Assembly (NCBI GenBank): GCA_964187785.1
Contig: OZ076414.1
Location: 42,222,001-42,286,000 of the forward strand
Direction of reading: 5' to 3'
DNA length: 64,000 nucleotides
From: Amphiscolops sp. MND2022
Taxonomy: Eukaryota
A program made the translations under genes and the position numbers. Shown one piece after another: positions 32,305 to 44,363 of this stretch (positions are counted from its first letter, which is position 1; the number at the start of each line of letters is the position of its first letter). A model generated the notes under the pieces. That model was not told where the DNA came from. It saw only the letters and a list, made by a program, of their open reading frames with translations, and made no database searches.

Positions 32305-32856
32305 TTAAACATAAATAAATTCTTGGCAAATTTTGTAAAAAAAAACCCGTTTGATTTAAATATTTTCCTTTCCCATATATGAAATATGGGCGGAAAATGA
32401 AAACATGACGCACCCCTCAAAAACAGCAGAAGTGCGAGCGTTTTACTCTGAGTTGGCAAAAAATGAATTGAAAAATTCTATATCGAACCAGCTGTTTTGG
32501 GGATTTATACGTCATTTTCTGCCAATATTTCACCTAAAAAGAGAGAGAAAATGTTTCTCCCCCAGCGTTTTTGAAAAATTTTCTTCCATTTTTACAAGCC
32601 TCTAATTTTGTGGTCAAAAGATGAAGTTTTTTTCAAAAAAAACCCAAAAAACATTCCATTTCATGTATTTCATGTATTTTTGAAAATATTTGAAGTTATT
32701 TGTTAAAAGTGTCGAATTGTCGTAAAATACCAAGTGTTTCGAGTTCCGGATCTTTTGTGAAATTTTGTAAAAAGTATGAATGTTCCAGTCGATATTGATA
32801 ACTACAAAGTTCAATGACTACAATTCGCTCCTTGATATATAATTTTTGAAAGAAAA

Positions 32857-33781
32857 CCCTAGGTTACAAAAATTACAACTCTTGCAAAATTCGTACGAGA
32901 GTTCTTGTAAGATGTTGTAGGAAATTGCAATTTTAGAATCTAATCCTTGCAAAAAACTTGTAAGAATTGCTTGCATTTTTCTGCTCAGAATGTTACATAA
33001 AATGCATAAATCTGAAAAATTTCTTACAAAAATTGCATTTCCTGCCTCAAAACAAAATTTAAACGGCTGCAAAAAAAGATATCTGATCGTGAAAAATGCG
33101 TAAAGCTAAGCTATTTTAGAGTAACAACTCTTCCTTCTCAGCAACTTATATCTAGAGCATCCAGATCTTAAAGCATCGGAATGTTTAGGTGATTCTAGAA
33201 ATTGAACTGAAGGAATTTTTGAATATTTTAGATCTTTTTCACTTCAAATTCCCTAGGTTCAAGCTCACGAAGAAACGTTTTCTCTCTGAAATCACGATAT
33301 AAAAAAGCTGTGGAAAAACGTTAAATCGGGAATGTTTTCAGAAAACACGTCATTTCTTCTGGGCTATTTTCATTTAAATTTTATGACAATCTAACCCAAA
33401 ATCCTACCTACAGGCGGCTTCAGAAAACGCGGTGCCGACAAGCGTCCTTAATATTACCCGGGCCATTAAGGTAACCCTGTTAGAGATACAGACCTTTAAT
33501 ACAGATGTTTTTCAAAAAAGACACACAAAATTGAACGAATGTTACCATCTTAACGAATTTTTGGTTGATATTATACATCGCATTTTTTTGTAAGAATTTC
33601 TTACGGAAAACTGCAACTTTTGCAAAAATGTTATCAGAATCTTGTAAAAAATGTTCGACATTGTGAAAAATTTGCAAAATTTGCGACTCTTGTACAAACT
33701 TGTAAGATTTTTGTAAAAAATGCAAAGTTGGCCAGAATTTCGGAAGAATTTTGCAAGATTCTTGATTATTGTAACCTAGGG
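32857..33781. mobile_element. MITE-like TIR element
   Basis: 13-bp TIR CCCTAGGTTACAA / TTGTAACCTAGGG; internal TCTTGCAAGA-like subrepeats near both ends; AAA on both flanks (TSD uncertain). Confidence 0.55.
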
Positions 33782-35056
33782 AAACTGTTCAAAGCAAAAA
33801 GTTTCTGTCATAAAACGTGCCTAAAATGAGCCAAAAAGCGTCAAAATTTCTAAATTTTGAAGCTTTTGCGTATGTTATGAACATTTCGTTGGTGTTCTTT
33901 TAGTTCTTTGCTTGCTTTGTTTCAACCTTCAAAGTATATATTTTTGCTAAAAAAGTTATAAACCGGAAGAATCTCGGTTCTCAGCGTGAATTTAGATACT
34001 ACTATTTTCGTTGAATCAACGGGATGGTCGAATCAAGTAATCCACTTCAAAAATTGACAGAAAGTGGAAAATAGTAAACGGAGTAAATTATGCAACATGT
34101 TACTGCTTACTGCGTGCGATAAGGTTACAAAGAGATACTTTTGGTTGTTTCGTTCAAAAAACTAGTGATTGTGGTACAACCTTGGCATTTAAGGAATTTG
34201 TGAAGTTTACCCTGAATAAAAAAGTGGTTACATAAAAATGCGGTTAGATAATCGAGTGAAAATTCATAGAAATGCATTGCTCTTCAAGACAAAATAGTAG
34301 TTAGGATTTGGATGGTGCAATGGCCAATTATTGTAATTTTGTCAGCATTTGTTGTTACTGTTATTACAGCATCTGTCACCGCTGCTGAACTCGATTTCAG
34401 CCATTGGTGGCATTTCAGCCAAAGTCAAGTGCGTTTTGATTCATGGGAAGCAAAACCCTTAAGCCTTTTACATCCATCTTTTGACCTTCGTTTACCTAAA
34501 TCAGCAGTTTTTCCGCACTTGCTGTCAAGTTCGCAAGCTAAGACTTGCCAACACGTCGATGGTGTATGAGAACTCTTAAGTGGTTTTGAACCTCAGTGGC
34601 TTTGAACGCAACACAGTGAAATAAAATGAAACGATTTAAAATCTGTTTTTTGAGGGAAACTGTTGAGGTTCAACGTGTGGCAACGGAAACGTGGAAGTCT
34701 TGGTTAGATAACCATACCGGACACACGATGATGGATTCAAACTGATTCTCAATGAAAAGTGGAATTCGGTCTGAGGTATTGCCAAATATAGTCAAGTTTG
34801 GTCTGATTGGTGGAAATAAAACGGAAATCTTTTATCGAAATTTTCAAATCTCATTGAGTATCTGTCGCTCAGACATCAAAGATTTTTACTAGAAATTTTG
34901 ATCTCAAGTTTCAACAGAGCACATTGGTAGATTCATAGAAAACTATCCATAACTCACCCATATGGCAATTCGGTACATGTAATACCAAAATGTAACATTT
35001 CTGCTCTGTTAGAATCTGCCGTTATTGATGTTTTTTTTCCGGAAACTTGATCAGAT

Positions 35057-35247
35057 ACGATGAGAACGAAGACGAAAAAACTGCTTTGAAGCGTGAACAG
35101 TTTCACCAGAAACTGAGTGAAGAACACAAGATGAAGAAGTACTATGAAGTGTGTCTCAGCACCGGTCAAGACATTCTTCAGTGTGTCAGTGACATCGCCT
35201 CACTTGTTATGCGGCACGACGAACCCACAGCCGAAATAATTTGCTAG
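35057..35247 (+). other. Possible isolated coding exon
   Basis: Charged, protein-like frame (YDENEDEKTALKREQFHQKLSEEHKMKKYYEVC...) after a cag; no gene model or family assigned. Confidence 0.3.
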
Positions 35248-36099
35248 TTGTGCTATTATGTTGTGATGCCCAGAGGAACTGTTTATGTAGTTTTGACCAA
35301 TTCGGAAGCTCAGAAACTTATGAAAAAGATGTGAGAAAATGTTCCTTTACCTTCCAATTTTCTTCTTTTTTGTCATTTAGAACATCATATCAGTTTCCGT
35401 TTCCTCACTTCAAAATAACTGCCAATTTGAGGTAAATTCTGAGCCCAAGTTGAGAGTTCTGAGCCAGAAAATATCGCATTTTTGTCCACTGAAATTGACA
35501 GAACAAAACCAAGAAAGACTTAGTTTGCTACAAACAAAAACAGAAGGGAACGGTCCAAGCCGGCACCCGCTGAAAGCACCAAAAGAGCAAGTTTTAATCA
35601 AATATGGAAAAGAAAAAAACTACTGTGAAAATCATCAAGACTCGAAATCGGATTTTTTATCAACTGAAATGATAACAAGACACCCGCTGACCAGCAGGAA
35701 ATTTTCCGTGCAAACTGTTCTAGAAAGGACAGATTTTTGAGACTCAAGAGTAGTCATTGCACTATGAAAACGCATAGAAATTTGATGAAAAAGACTTGAA
35801 ACTTTTTGAATAATGTCATCCCATTGCAGGAGGAAACACTTCAAGAACACACCAAAGACCTTCTTGTTTTTGTCGGTTTGTGTGTATACCAAATCCTAAC
35901 CAATCATTTTTCATACCTTTGCGCGAAGTCGCCAAATACGTCAAAATTTGGAAACTTTGCGACAACTTTGGGACAGATTTTTCGACAACTTTGCGGTCAT
36001 CCGAGAAACTTTTCTGAAAAACTGTAGATGTCTTAGTAAAAACGCCTATTGGATACCGGGTCCAGTCGTAATTGAATTTCAAAAGTGTTAAGTGTTCGA

Positions 36100-38480
36100 A
36101 ACGTGTACAAAAAAAACATCAATATTTCAAAAACAAAAAAAATGAATTTTTCACTTTTCTCAAGTCGTTCTGACGAATTTTTGGCATACAAAATTGTAAA
36201 TTTCTCTCGTTAGAACATTCTGCATGCCTATTCAGAAAATTGAGATACTTAGAAAATTGCGAAATTCTGGTAAATTTTATTTTAAATTCACTATTTTGTC
36301 AAACAACGACCGAAACATTTAAACAACTATTCTGGGGTCATTTTGAGGCTCTTCTTTAACTCGAAACTGCAATTGACCTTCAAAAAGTCTACTGAATAAC
36401 ACTGACCTTCAAAAAGCCTACTGAATTTGTTCGCTGTTGAACGTTTTCAATCTTCCAACTATGGAAACTACTCAAAAAGTACGGAACTTTGCATAAGAAA
36501 AGTTGAATTTGGATTTCTTTCATTTCTGACTCATCAGGGTCATATTTGAAGTGATTTTGAAGCAAAATACTGCAACTCTCTTCAAAATATCATACTGCAT
36601 AGCTAGTTTGTTCGTTTTGGAGTGTTTTGAACTTTCATAGTCATAAAAATTTTAGGAACTGTACACAAACTGCGGGAAAAACGACAGACTGGAAAATTCG
36701 TGTTTGATTTTTTGGGGTGAAATTGAAGCAAATTTCCTTTGATAACTTGACTTCATTCTTTCGAGAAGTTTACTCGCCAATACTTTTAAATGCTAATTTG
36801 ATGTTCAATGTTCTAATTCACAATATCCTTCAAAATTTTGAAAAAAAGTGTTAAAATTGTGAAAATTTGTGGAAATGTTTGAAATTTTAGTCATTCGGCG
36901 GTCATTTTGAGGGTTATGAAACTGCAATCAATTTTCAAAAACTCTACTCTATTTCGCGTTTCTTTGATGCTGAGTGTTCTTATTTTCCTATCATAAGAAA
37001 ATAACGCAATTTCCAACAAAATTCGTTTTTCAGAGAATTTTTGTCTTTTCGATTCGTTTGGGGCATTCTGAGATAATATTCGTTCTACGTGGGAAACTAC
37101 AAACTTTTCGTCAAAAAAACGTACTGCATAGTTTGATAATTCGTCTGGTGCTTTAGGAACATTTAATTCAAAGAAAGCTCCACCAACAACCTCTAAAATT
37201 GTCAAAAAAGGAAACTTTCGATACTTTATACATTTTTCGAATCACTTTGAGACCTTTTCCAAATACTAATCAGCAAATACCTTCCACAAAAGCCAACTGG
37301 ATATCAACTGGATTTGTTGTTGAACCAATTTATTATTCTAACCCTCGAAATGCTTCGAAAAGTTCAGAGACTTTGCACAAAAACGCTTAAGATTCCAATC
37401 CACTTTCCGACTCACTTGTCGTTTTGAATTATTTCTGATGTAGAACACTTTATTTTTTTTCATTGAAAAAAGAAACTACATACCTGCTTTGTTTGTGATA
37501 GTTCTGAACCTTCTTATTTGTAAAAATTCTCAAAAATTGTACTCAAATAACATGAAGAAGGTACATAAACTGGAATGTTTTAGATTTTCGACAATTTTGT
37601 GTCAAATTAAAGCTCATTTTCACCAGTAAGAGGCACTTATCCCATCAAAAATCTTACTAGGCAACGCATTCAATTGTTTTTCAACAGTTCCAGAAATCTA
37701 ATCTATGAAAACGTTGAAAATTTCACAACGTTGGAAAACAAGCGTGGAAAATGAAAAATAGTTTTCAAAACGTTTTTTTTACTACTATGGGGTCATTGCG
37801 GCATTTTTCCTTGTTTTTCCTTTACCTGTCACTAAGTTTTTCGAAAAATAGACAAAATTTCTCACAATTTTTGAAAATCCGATTTTTTGCGATTTTCGTC
37901 GATTTCGGTCTGTATTTGAGGCGTTTTTTCAAAAGAAATTGCTTCTCTATTTCGAAAATGCCTCCCAGACCATGATTTTTTCCGTATTTAACGTTTTTAA
38001 ATTTCTAAGTTAGCAAGTGTATCAAACATTTGGCAAAAATTGCATGAAACCTTGAAAAACTGAACTTTTAGGAGTTTTATTCAAATTTGGTCTCAATTTG
38101 GGGCATTTTTGCTTCCAAAAATTTCACTTATTCCTTCGAAAAGCTTCTTGGATAACTAAGTGTTTCCCTTCTGGACGTTTTCAACATTCTAAGCCACGAA
38201 ATTTATCAAAAATTTGACAAGAATTGCATAGAAATGGTAAAAATCGAAAGGAAAATTTTGCAGTTTTTACTGTTTTTGAAGTCATTTTTGAGTCATTGTG
38301 GGGAGTTTGATGTCAACCAAAATGTCTAAAATACTCTATAAATACATACCGCATGATACTAATTTTGCGTCAGCTGAATTGTATGGGTGCAACCTTTTAG
38401 CTTGGATATAAATTTGGTGCTTGGCAAATTTTGTTAAAAGAATCGATCCTTTTCCATATGAAATATGGGCGAAAAAATTA
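36100..38480. repeat. Second, more diverged array of the ~180-bp repeat family with the same terminal segment
   Basis: Monomer motifs at ~36440, 36805, 37998 and 38184. Segment 38310-38480 aligns to 12975-13064 joined to 32305-32400. Confidence 0.6.
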
Positions 38481-41458
38481 ATAAACAAAATTTGTGAGGA
38501 AACATGAATAGTGCCAAAAAACCTGAACGGATCACATTTGAGCTAGCAAAGCGCTTTGTCCGAACCAAAAACTTCGAAAACAAAATGAAGGAGACTTTTG
38601 TAGGAAAAGAATTTTCAAGAAAGTTGTTCAGTGCCGAATAAATACACAAAGAGGACACCCTTTGGTATTTTAGTCTTCGGGAAAATATCCTGGTTTCCCC
38701 GTAACGCACTCTATCCACTGGGTCAAATGGTGCTGAAACGAACACTGAAGTTAGCGAAGTTTTTATAAGGATCTCTCAGACCGTTGGTCTCAAAAAAAGA
38801 AAAACCATCACACAAGTAGGCTGTGATTTCTACCGAAGCACTGGCTAAAATAGTGGAAGTCATTTTCAAATCCACTTTGTATATGGTTCACCCTGTTTTC
38901 CCGCTTCTGCAAATCCAATTTGATCCCAGTCTGCTACATAAAACACAGCAAGAGTTCAGGCTACTCATAGTATGATCATTTGTGTATGGTGAACAGGGAA
39001 AATAGGAATATATGTTGATGGTTACAGGATGACCATAGATGAACTATATGTTTCAGTGTGTGGCTCCTCTGTTTCCGTAAATGATATTTTTGCATGGCCC
39101 AGCTAATCAACGCTGATAATGATGATTTTCAATTTCTCTGAGTCCATTTTCAACACAGGAATGGAAACAAAACCAAAATTACTATTATTTGGCATCTCAT
39201 ACTGAATTATGCATGTTTGTTCCTCAATTGGAGAACTAAGCTCCATTGGAATGAAAAGCACTGCAACTAAAAGTTATTACGTAGAAAAATAGTTGCTGAG
39301 AGGACTACTGGGTTTCGACTTTTTGTATTTTTTGAATGCCGGTTCTACCCTTAGCTGATATCTCTTGTGCGTTGAAAGTACAATTATGTAAAAACATTTC
39401 AGACCTTTAACCGCGAGAAACGTTCCAGACCGGAAATGGTTTTAACGAAAAATTGGAAACCACTGTATTTTTTGTGTGATAAATAAGTATGATGGAAACA
39501 AAATTTCTTGAAATTCTTTGTAGTTTAAATTTCAATGACTTGGTAAATATTAAGATCAAAAGCACGGAACGTTTTACTTGAATGACGACATGTATGGTCC
39601 ATAAAACATTCAACATGACCAGGAGAGCCAGGCTACCAAGCTTGTGAACCAGAGAAGACGAATTGCACAAAAATTACAATCTCCAAAACAATATTTTTGT
39701 GAACGAGCCACAGCAAGTTTTTCAATTCAATAAACTACTCAAACATAACTTATATGGCTTGGAATTTGATTTTCAGAAATTAAATGATACTGCAAAAAGT
39801 TGTGTTGAATAGTTGGCAAGCTGATATGCAAGTTTTGAAACTGTTGGAAAAAATGTTTCGGAGCAGTTGCATCCAAATTTTCAAAAAATTTGTCGATTCT
39901 GTTTATGGCCTTTGTTTGTTTGGTTCACTAGTTTGGTTCACTAGTTTGTTTGGTTCACGCGGAGGGAAACCTTTTTCGACAATTCGAACTGAAACTTGAA
40001 AAACTAAATAAGAATTAATGCGCCAGAAATTGTTGCCAAAGTTCATGTATTTCATGTCTCCAACAATGTTTCTGTTACGAAGGAAAAGGTCTTTTTTGGA
40101 ACAACGTTTGGCAAAATTTGTTCAGAAAGAACTAAAAGAAAAATCAATTCTCCTAACAGGTATCCTTACGCCTCGAGAGTTATGGGAATCAATGTTACAA
40201 AAACAACACTGCGAATATCATGTATTATATTTCTATGGAGAAGTTTCTGTTACGGAAAAACTGACTTTTAAACTGTTGTGAAACTTTCGCGAAAAACTTT
40301 CCGACTGGAATTTATTCTCGCAATACAATCATTCTCGATTCATTTATCCAGATGGAAAGAAGTGTGTCCAATCTGAGCACACTGGAATGTGGGTGTCCAT
40401 AGATGCTACAACTACAGTCTGTGAATTTCTTTTGGGCGTTCAGCTTCTCCAACTTGAGCACTTCTCTATAAAAATACTGGCTATAATAGACGACCTAGAG
40501 CTAACAATACTACACAGTTGACTACTGTTCTTTCGTTCTCTCTGCAAAACTTCGCCGTCGAATAATCAAGTAACTTGTGCTTTGGAAAAAATATTTCTGT
40601 CGCGGTTAAATTGGCCGTTATTTTCCGGAACGTTTTCGCAAAATTTCTGTTAAAATTTGCTGAGAAAAATTATTGCTTCAATAAGGCATCGTTTTGTATC
40701 GGGAGTTTAAAGAAGCAATGCGCGAACAACCGCTGCAAATATTCATGTAAGTTGAGTCTCCAAATATGTTCCTGGAACGGAGAAACTGGCCGTAAATTGT
40801 TGTGAAACTTTTGCGAAATGTTTTCTGAGATGTGACAACAACTATGCTGCAACTACAGTCGGTGATTTTTTGGGCAATCAGCTACTCCAGTTTGAGCACT
40901 TCTCAAAAAGTTCTCTCAAAAGACGACATTCTACACAGTTATCTACTGCTTTTTCGTTATCTCTGAAAAACTTCGCCGCTTATTGTCGGTACTTTCAACA
41001 ACAGTCCAAACCCTGATGGCTCTACTTTTGGAAACTTTCTGACTATGTTGGGTTATCTTCGTGTCAAAATCCTCTACACTACAAAAAAAAACAAAATAAG
41101 TTTACCTAGTTTTTACAAAAATGCCTCCCGTCGTTGAGGATATCTTCGAAATTTTTTTCAGTTTTCTCCTGCCTATGTGCATACATTTGTCTGTTACACT
41201 GGAATTTATTCAATATATAGCAAGACGGGAAGGTCTCAAAAAGCGCAAAGTTTTTAAAATATTTTGAGGACTTTTTAAATGAAAATCTGACGTAAGTGTC
41301 GAAACACCAAAAAGTTTCATTCTTGGAGAAATGGGTTCGCTTGTTTTTCTCCGCTTTAGTAAAACGCTATATAGTTCGGATTTAACGCAAAAATTCGCAT
41401 CGAGTTGAAAAAAATAGTGGTCGATATAAGTTGAAATGTCTTAATTTCAGTCAAACAA

Positions 41459-42089
41459 GCCGGGACCGGCCCAAGTCGGCGCCATATCCAAGGCTCAAAA
41501 ATAGCAAAAAGACTTCCAAGTGTCAAGTACTCTTTTACAGTACTCGAAAATCGAAATTTTTTGAAAAATTTTTTTCGAAAAAATTACATACACAAAAAAA
41601 TGGACCGAGTGGCGCTAAAGTCTCACAATGCCGAAAAACTGAAAGGGTGGACCCTTTGAGGTTTTTCAACATCCATTCTGTCGCAAAACATGAAAAAATG
41701 GAAGAAAACAAAAATTTTAATTTTCGGGAAAAAATCTCACAATGCCGAAAAAAAACTGAAAGGGGGACCCTTTGGGATTTTTTAACATCCATTCTGTCGC
41801 AAAACATCAAAAAAAAATGCAGGGGGGACCCTTTGGGGAATTTTTTTTTCGAAAAAAAAGTCTCGCAGTGCCGAAAAAAATGAAAGGGAGGAGTCTTTGG
41901 TCTCGCCCGGTATGGTATGTTACGCGGAAAAACAGGAAAAACCTTTTTGGTTCAGTTCGCTAGACCAAATAGTGCATTTTGATGCAATAATATTTTGTAG
42001 AACTTGTAGAACTATTTTGGTCAGTTCGTGTGGATAGAAAAAAAAAGAGTCACTATAATAGTCGCGTTTCACTTCATGAAGCGCCGACT
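41459..42089 (-). mobile_element. Non-autonomous Helentron/Helitron2-like repeat, copy 2
   Basis: Hairpin GCCGG-ga-CCGGC at 41459-41470, AGTCGGCGC at 41474-41482, GCGCCGACT-AAAAA at 42081-42089; internal ~120-bp subrepeats. Confidence 0.7.
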
Positions 42090-42094
42090 AAAAA

Positions 42095-42474
42095 TGAGAT
42101 GTTTGAAACTGTCTCATGGTGCCAAAATTGTAGAAGGGGGACTCTATGTGTTTTTTTCACATGCATTTTTTTGCAAAAAAAACGAACAAATGAAGGTGAG
42201 CTTTTGGAGACATAAATCTTTTTGAAAACATGTCTCTTAGTGCCGAAATATAATTGAAAAGGGGACCTTTTAGTGTCGTCCGGTTTTGTATCTTACGTTT
42301 AAAAAGTTACAAAATGAAAGTGGGTCCTTTGCAATAATTTAGATGCGTTTCCCAGGTATTCGTTTAGTTGTACAAACTGAACAAAATTTTCAAAATTTCG
42401 TCGCATTAGAGTCTGCCGTAAAAAAATGAGTATTTGTAATAGTCGGGCTCTTTAATTGTATGAAAGCGCCGACT
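42095..42474 (-). repeat. Partial tandem copy of the Helentron-like family
   Basis: Ends in GCGCCGACTAAAAA (from 42466); body is similar to 41880-42089. Confidence 0.55.
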
Positions 42475-43266
42475 AAAAATAGTCTTTATTGATTCTGATA
42501 TTCCGACGGGCAAACTAACCAATAGCTGCTTCGGTTGCATTTGCTAATGCTGATAATAAATTGAATTCTTACGCGATTCGATAGATAATCAGTGAAATCA
42601 TTGTTTTCAAATTCAGCTAGGTCAACTTTTGCAAAATTCGATCTCATAAATAAGTCTTTTTGTCATCTTGCTTTTACCTCGTGTGATCTATTAACGTAGA
42701 CAATTTAACGTCCCTTTTAGACATTAGTTGATTCGGCGGACGCTGGAAGTAGGCAAAAAAAATTCGAAAAAAGTAACGTGGAATCTGACTCATTTTCTCA
42801 AAAGTTAGTTGGAATTCTACTGATGCATATCTCGCCGCCGTTAGCTGTATCTGTTAGGTTTTTCATAGGTCCTTTTTCAAAACTCCTTTGCGACTATGTT
42901 TTTTTCTCCAGTTCATTCGAAACAATTCGCAAATTTTTACTGACCAAGCATTAAAATTGACTTTTCTCTTGAGCTCCATTGGGCCGATTTCTGGATCAAA
43001 CCAAACGTCAGCTAATTTGACTTCAGTATGCAAATTTGGTCAGCTCGAATATTTAACAAAATTAGTTATTTGGAATAAGTTTGGAATCGTGAGGAATGGA
43101 GTGATGCGATCAATCCGGGTGTTTATGACCCTGAACAGTAAAATGCTGAGGAATTCAGTTTCATACGTCATTTCCCACTTCTGCTCATCAGAAAACAGAA
43201 AAATGATTACTGCTTATCTGGCAAAAACTAGCAGTATTCCGTCAGGAATCTCAAGATTTTGACCAA

Positions 43267-44272
43267 TGGTGGCGCCTCAAAACAGTTTTAGGAACTTTGA
43301 TGAAAAAACAGGTGAAAATAGCCAAACATAAAATGCTCTAGTATGGTGTATACTTGGAATTGAGTGCTAGTTTTTTGCCAATCGACATATTTTGACCCAA
43401 ATGAGAGATTTAGGCTAAAAAAATGAAAATCGAAGACAAAAATTTTTAAATTCTTGTCTTACGTCCCAATTTTGACCCTTTCTTTAATTTAAGTGTATAT
43501 TTGAACTATAATCTTTGTTTAATGTGTTAAAGTCGTTACGAGCCCCTTGTTTGGGCTACATGGGTGCTCTGAGGATCCAACAGCACCATTTACAAACATC
43601 GTTGATTTTTCTATAGCAAATAACATGGTAAATTTAACCACAAACATCCGCCATTTGGTATTTCCTGTATGATAAAGTAACCAGAGTTAACTCCTACTAA
43701 GACCTCGTAGAGATTCAAATCAGTCGACTTTGCTACTCAAGTATTGAAGAAAGTGAAAGCTTGGAAGTTTCTCGTAAAATTAATTCAGTTAACTCTGGCT
43801 ATTGAAGAGCTTTTTTGGAGTTGAACAGGTGATATTATATTGTTTCGAAATTCCAACGTCAATTTATTATATTGCATATAGTTGCGATATTTTTGCTTGA
43901 GATCGTTTTCGTGGACACAAGGATTGGATCGATTAATTAGTTTAGCAGATCAACAGAAGCTACTATTCATCAGGACAGCTAAGTTGATTCCTATAGTCAC
44001 AGTTTAAAGCTACTTTATGTTTGTGAAACAGAATAAGTGCAAAGTCAAAGATGCAGCAATTGCATCACCGACTTCCGAAACTTATTCAAAGTAACGCAAG
44101 CTAAAATTTTCATTGAAATTAGTTGCAAATCACCTATTGAAGGTTCTTGATTAGTGGTTTGAGGCAAGTGCCTTTCCTGGACAAATCAGATATGGAAATT
44201 GTCCGCAAGTTGTCAACCAGGCCGTCGTAAAGCTTGGTAGGTGTTTCTGTTAGTTTACCATGCAGACGTAAA
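43267..44272 (+). repeat. BEL 5' LTR (~1,006 bp)
   Basis: Roughly 96% identical to the 3' LTR outside indels (manual estimate); lacks the 135 bp present at 51246-51380. Confidence 0.9.
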
Positions 44273-44276
44273 GTTT

Positions 44277-44294
44277 TGGTGCCGCGACACGGGA
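44277..44294 (+). promoter_or_regulatory. BEL primer binding site (tRNA-Phe/His-like)
   Basis: TGGTGCCGCGACACGGGA matches 15/18 to the complement of a typical tRNA-Phe 3' end. Confidence 0.65.
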
Positions 44295-44363
44295 AGGCAA
44301 ATTTAACCCATTTGAGCTTTGTGAAATTTGCCTATCTGACCGCTGTGAAAAAAGCAAAAGACA

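Noticed and set aside
38434-39300. Minus-strand protein-like fragments (secreted-protein or protease-like tail)
   Set aside because: Stops in all frames and no diagnostic motif.
39990-41000. Diverged ~440-bp-spaced duplication (40410-40560 vs 40850-40980)
   Set aside because: Similarity is real, but ends and family could not be defined; likely old repeat debris.
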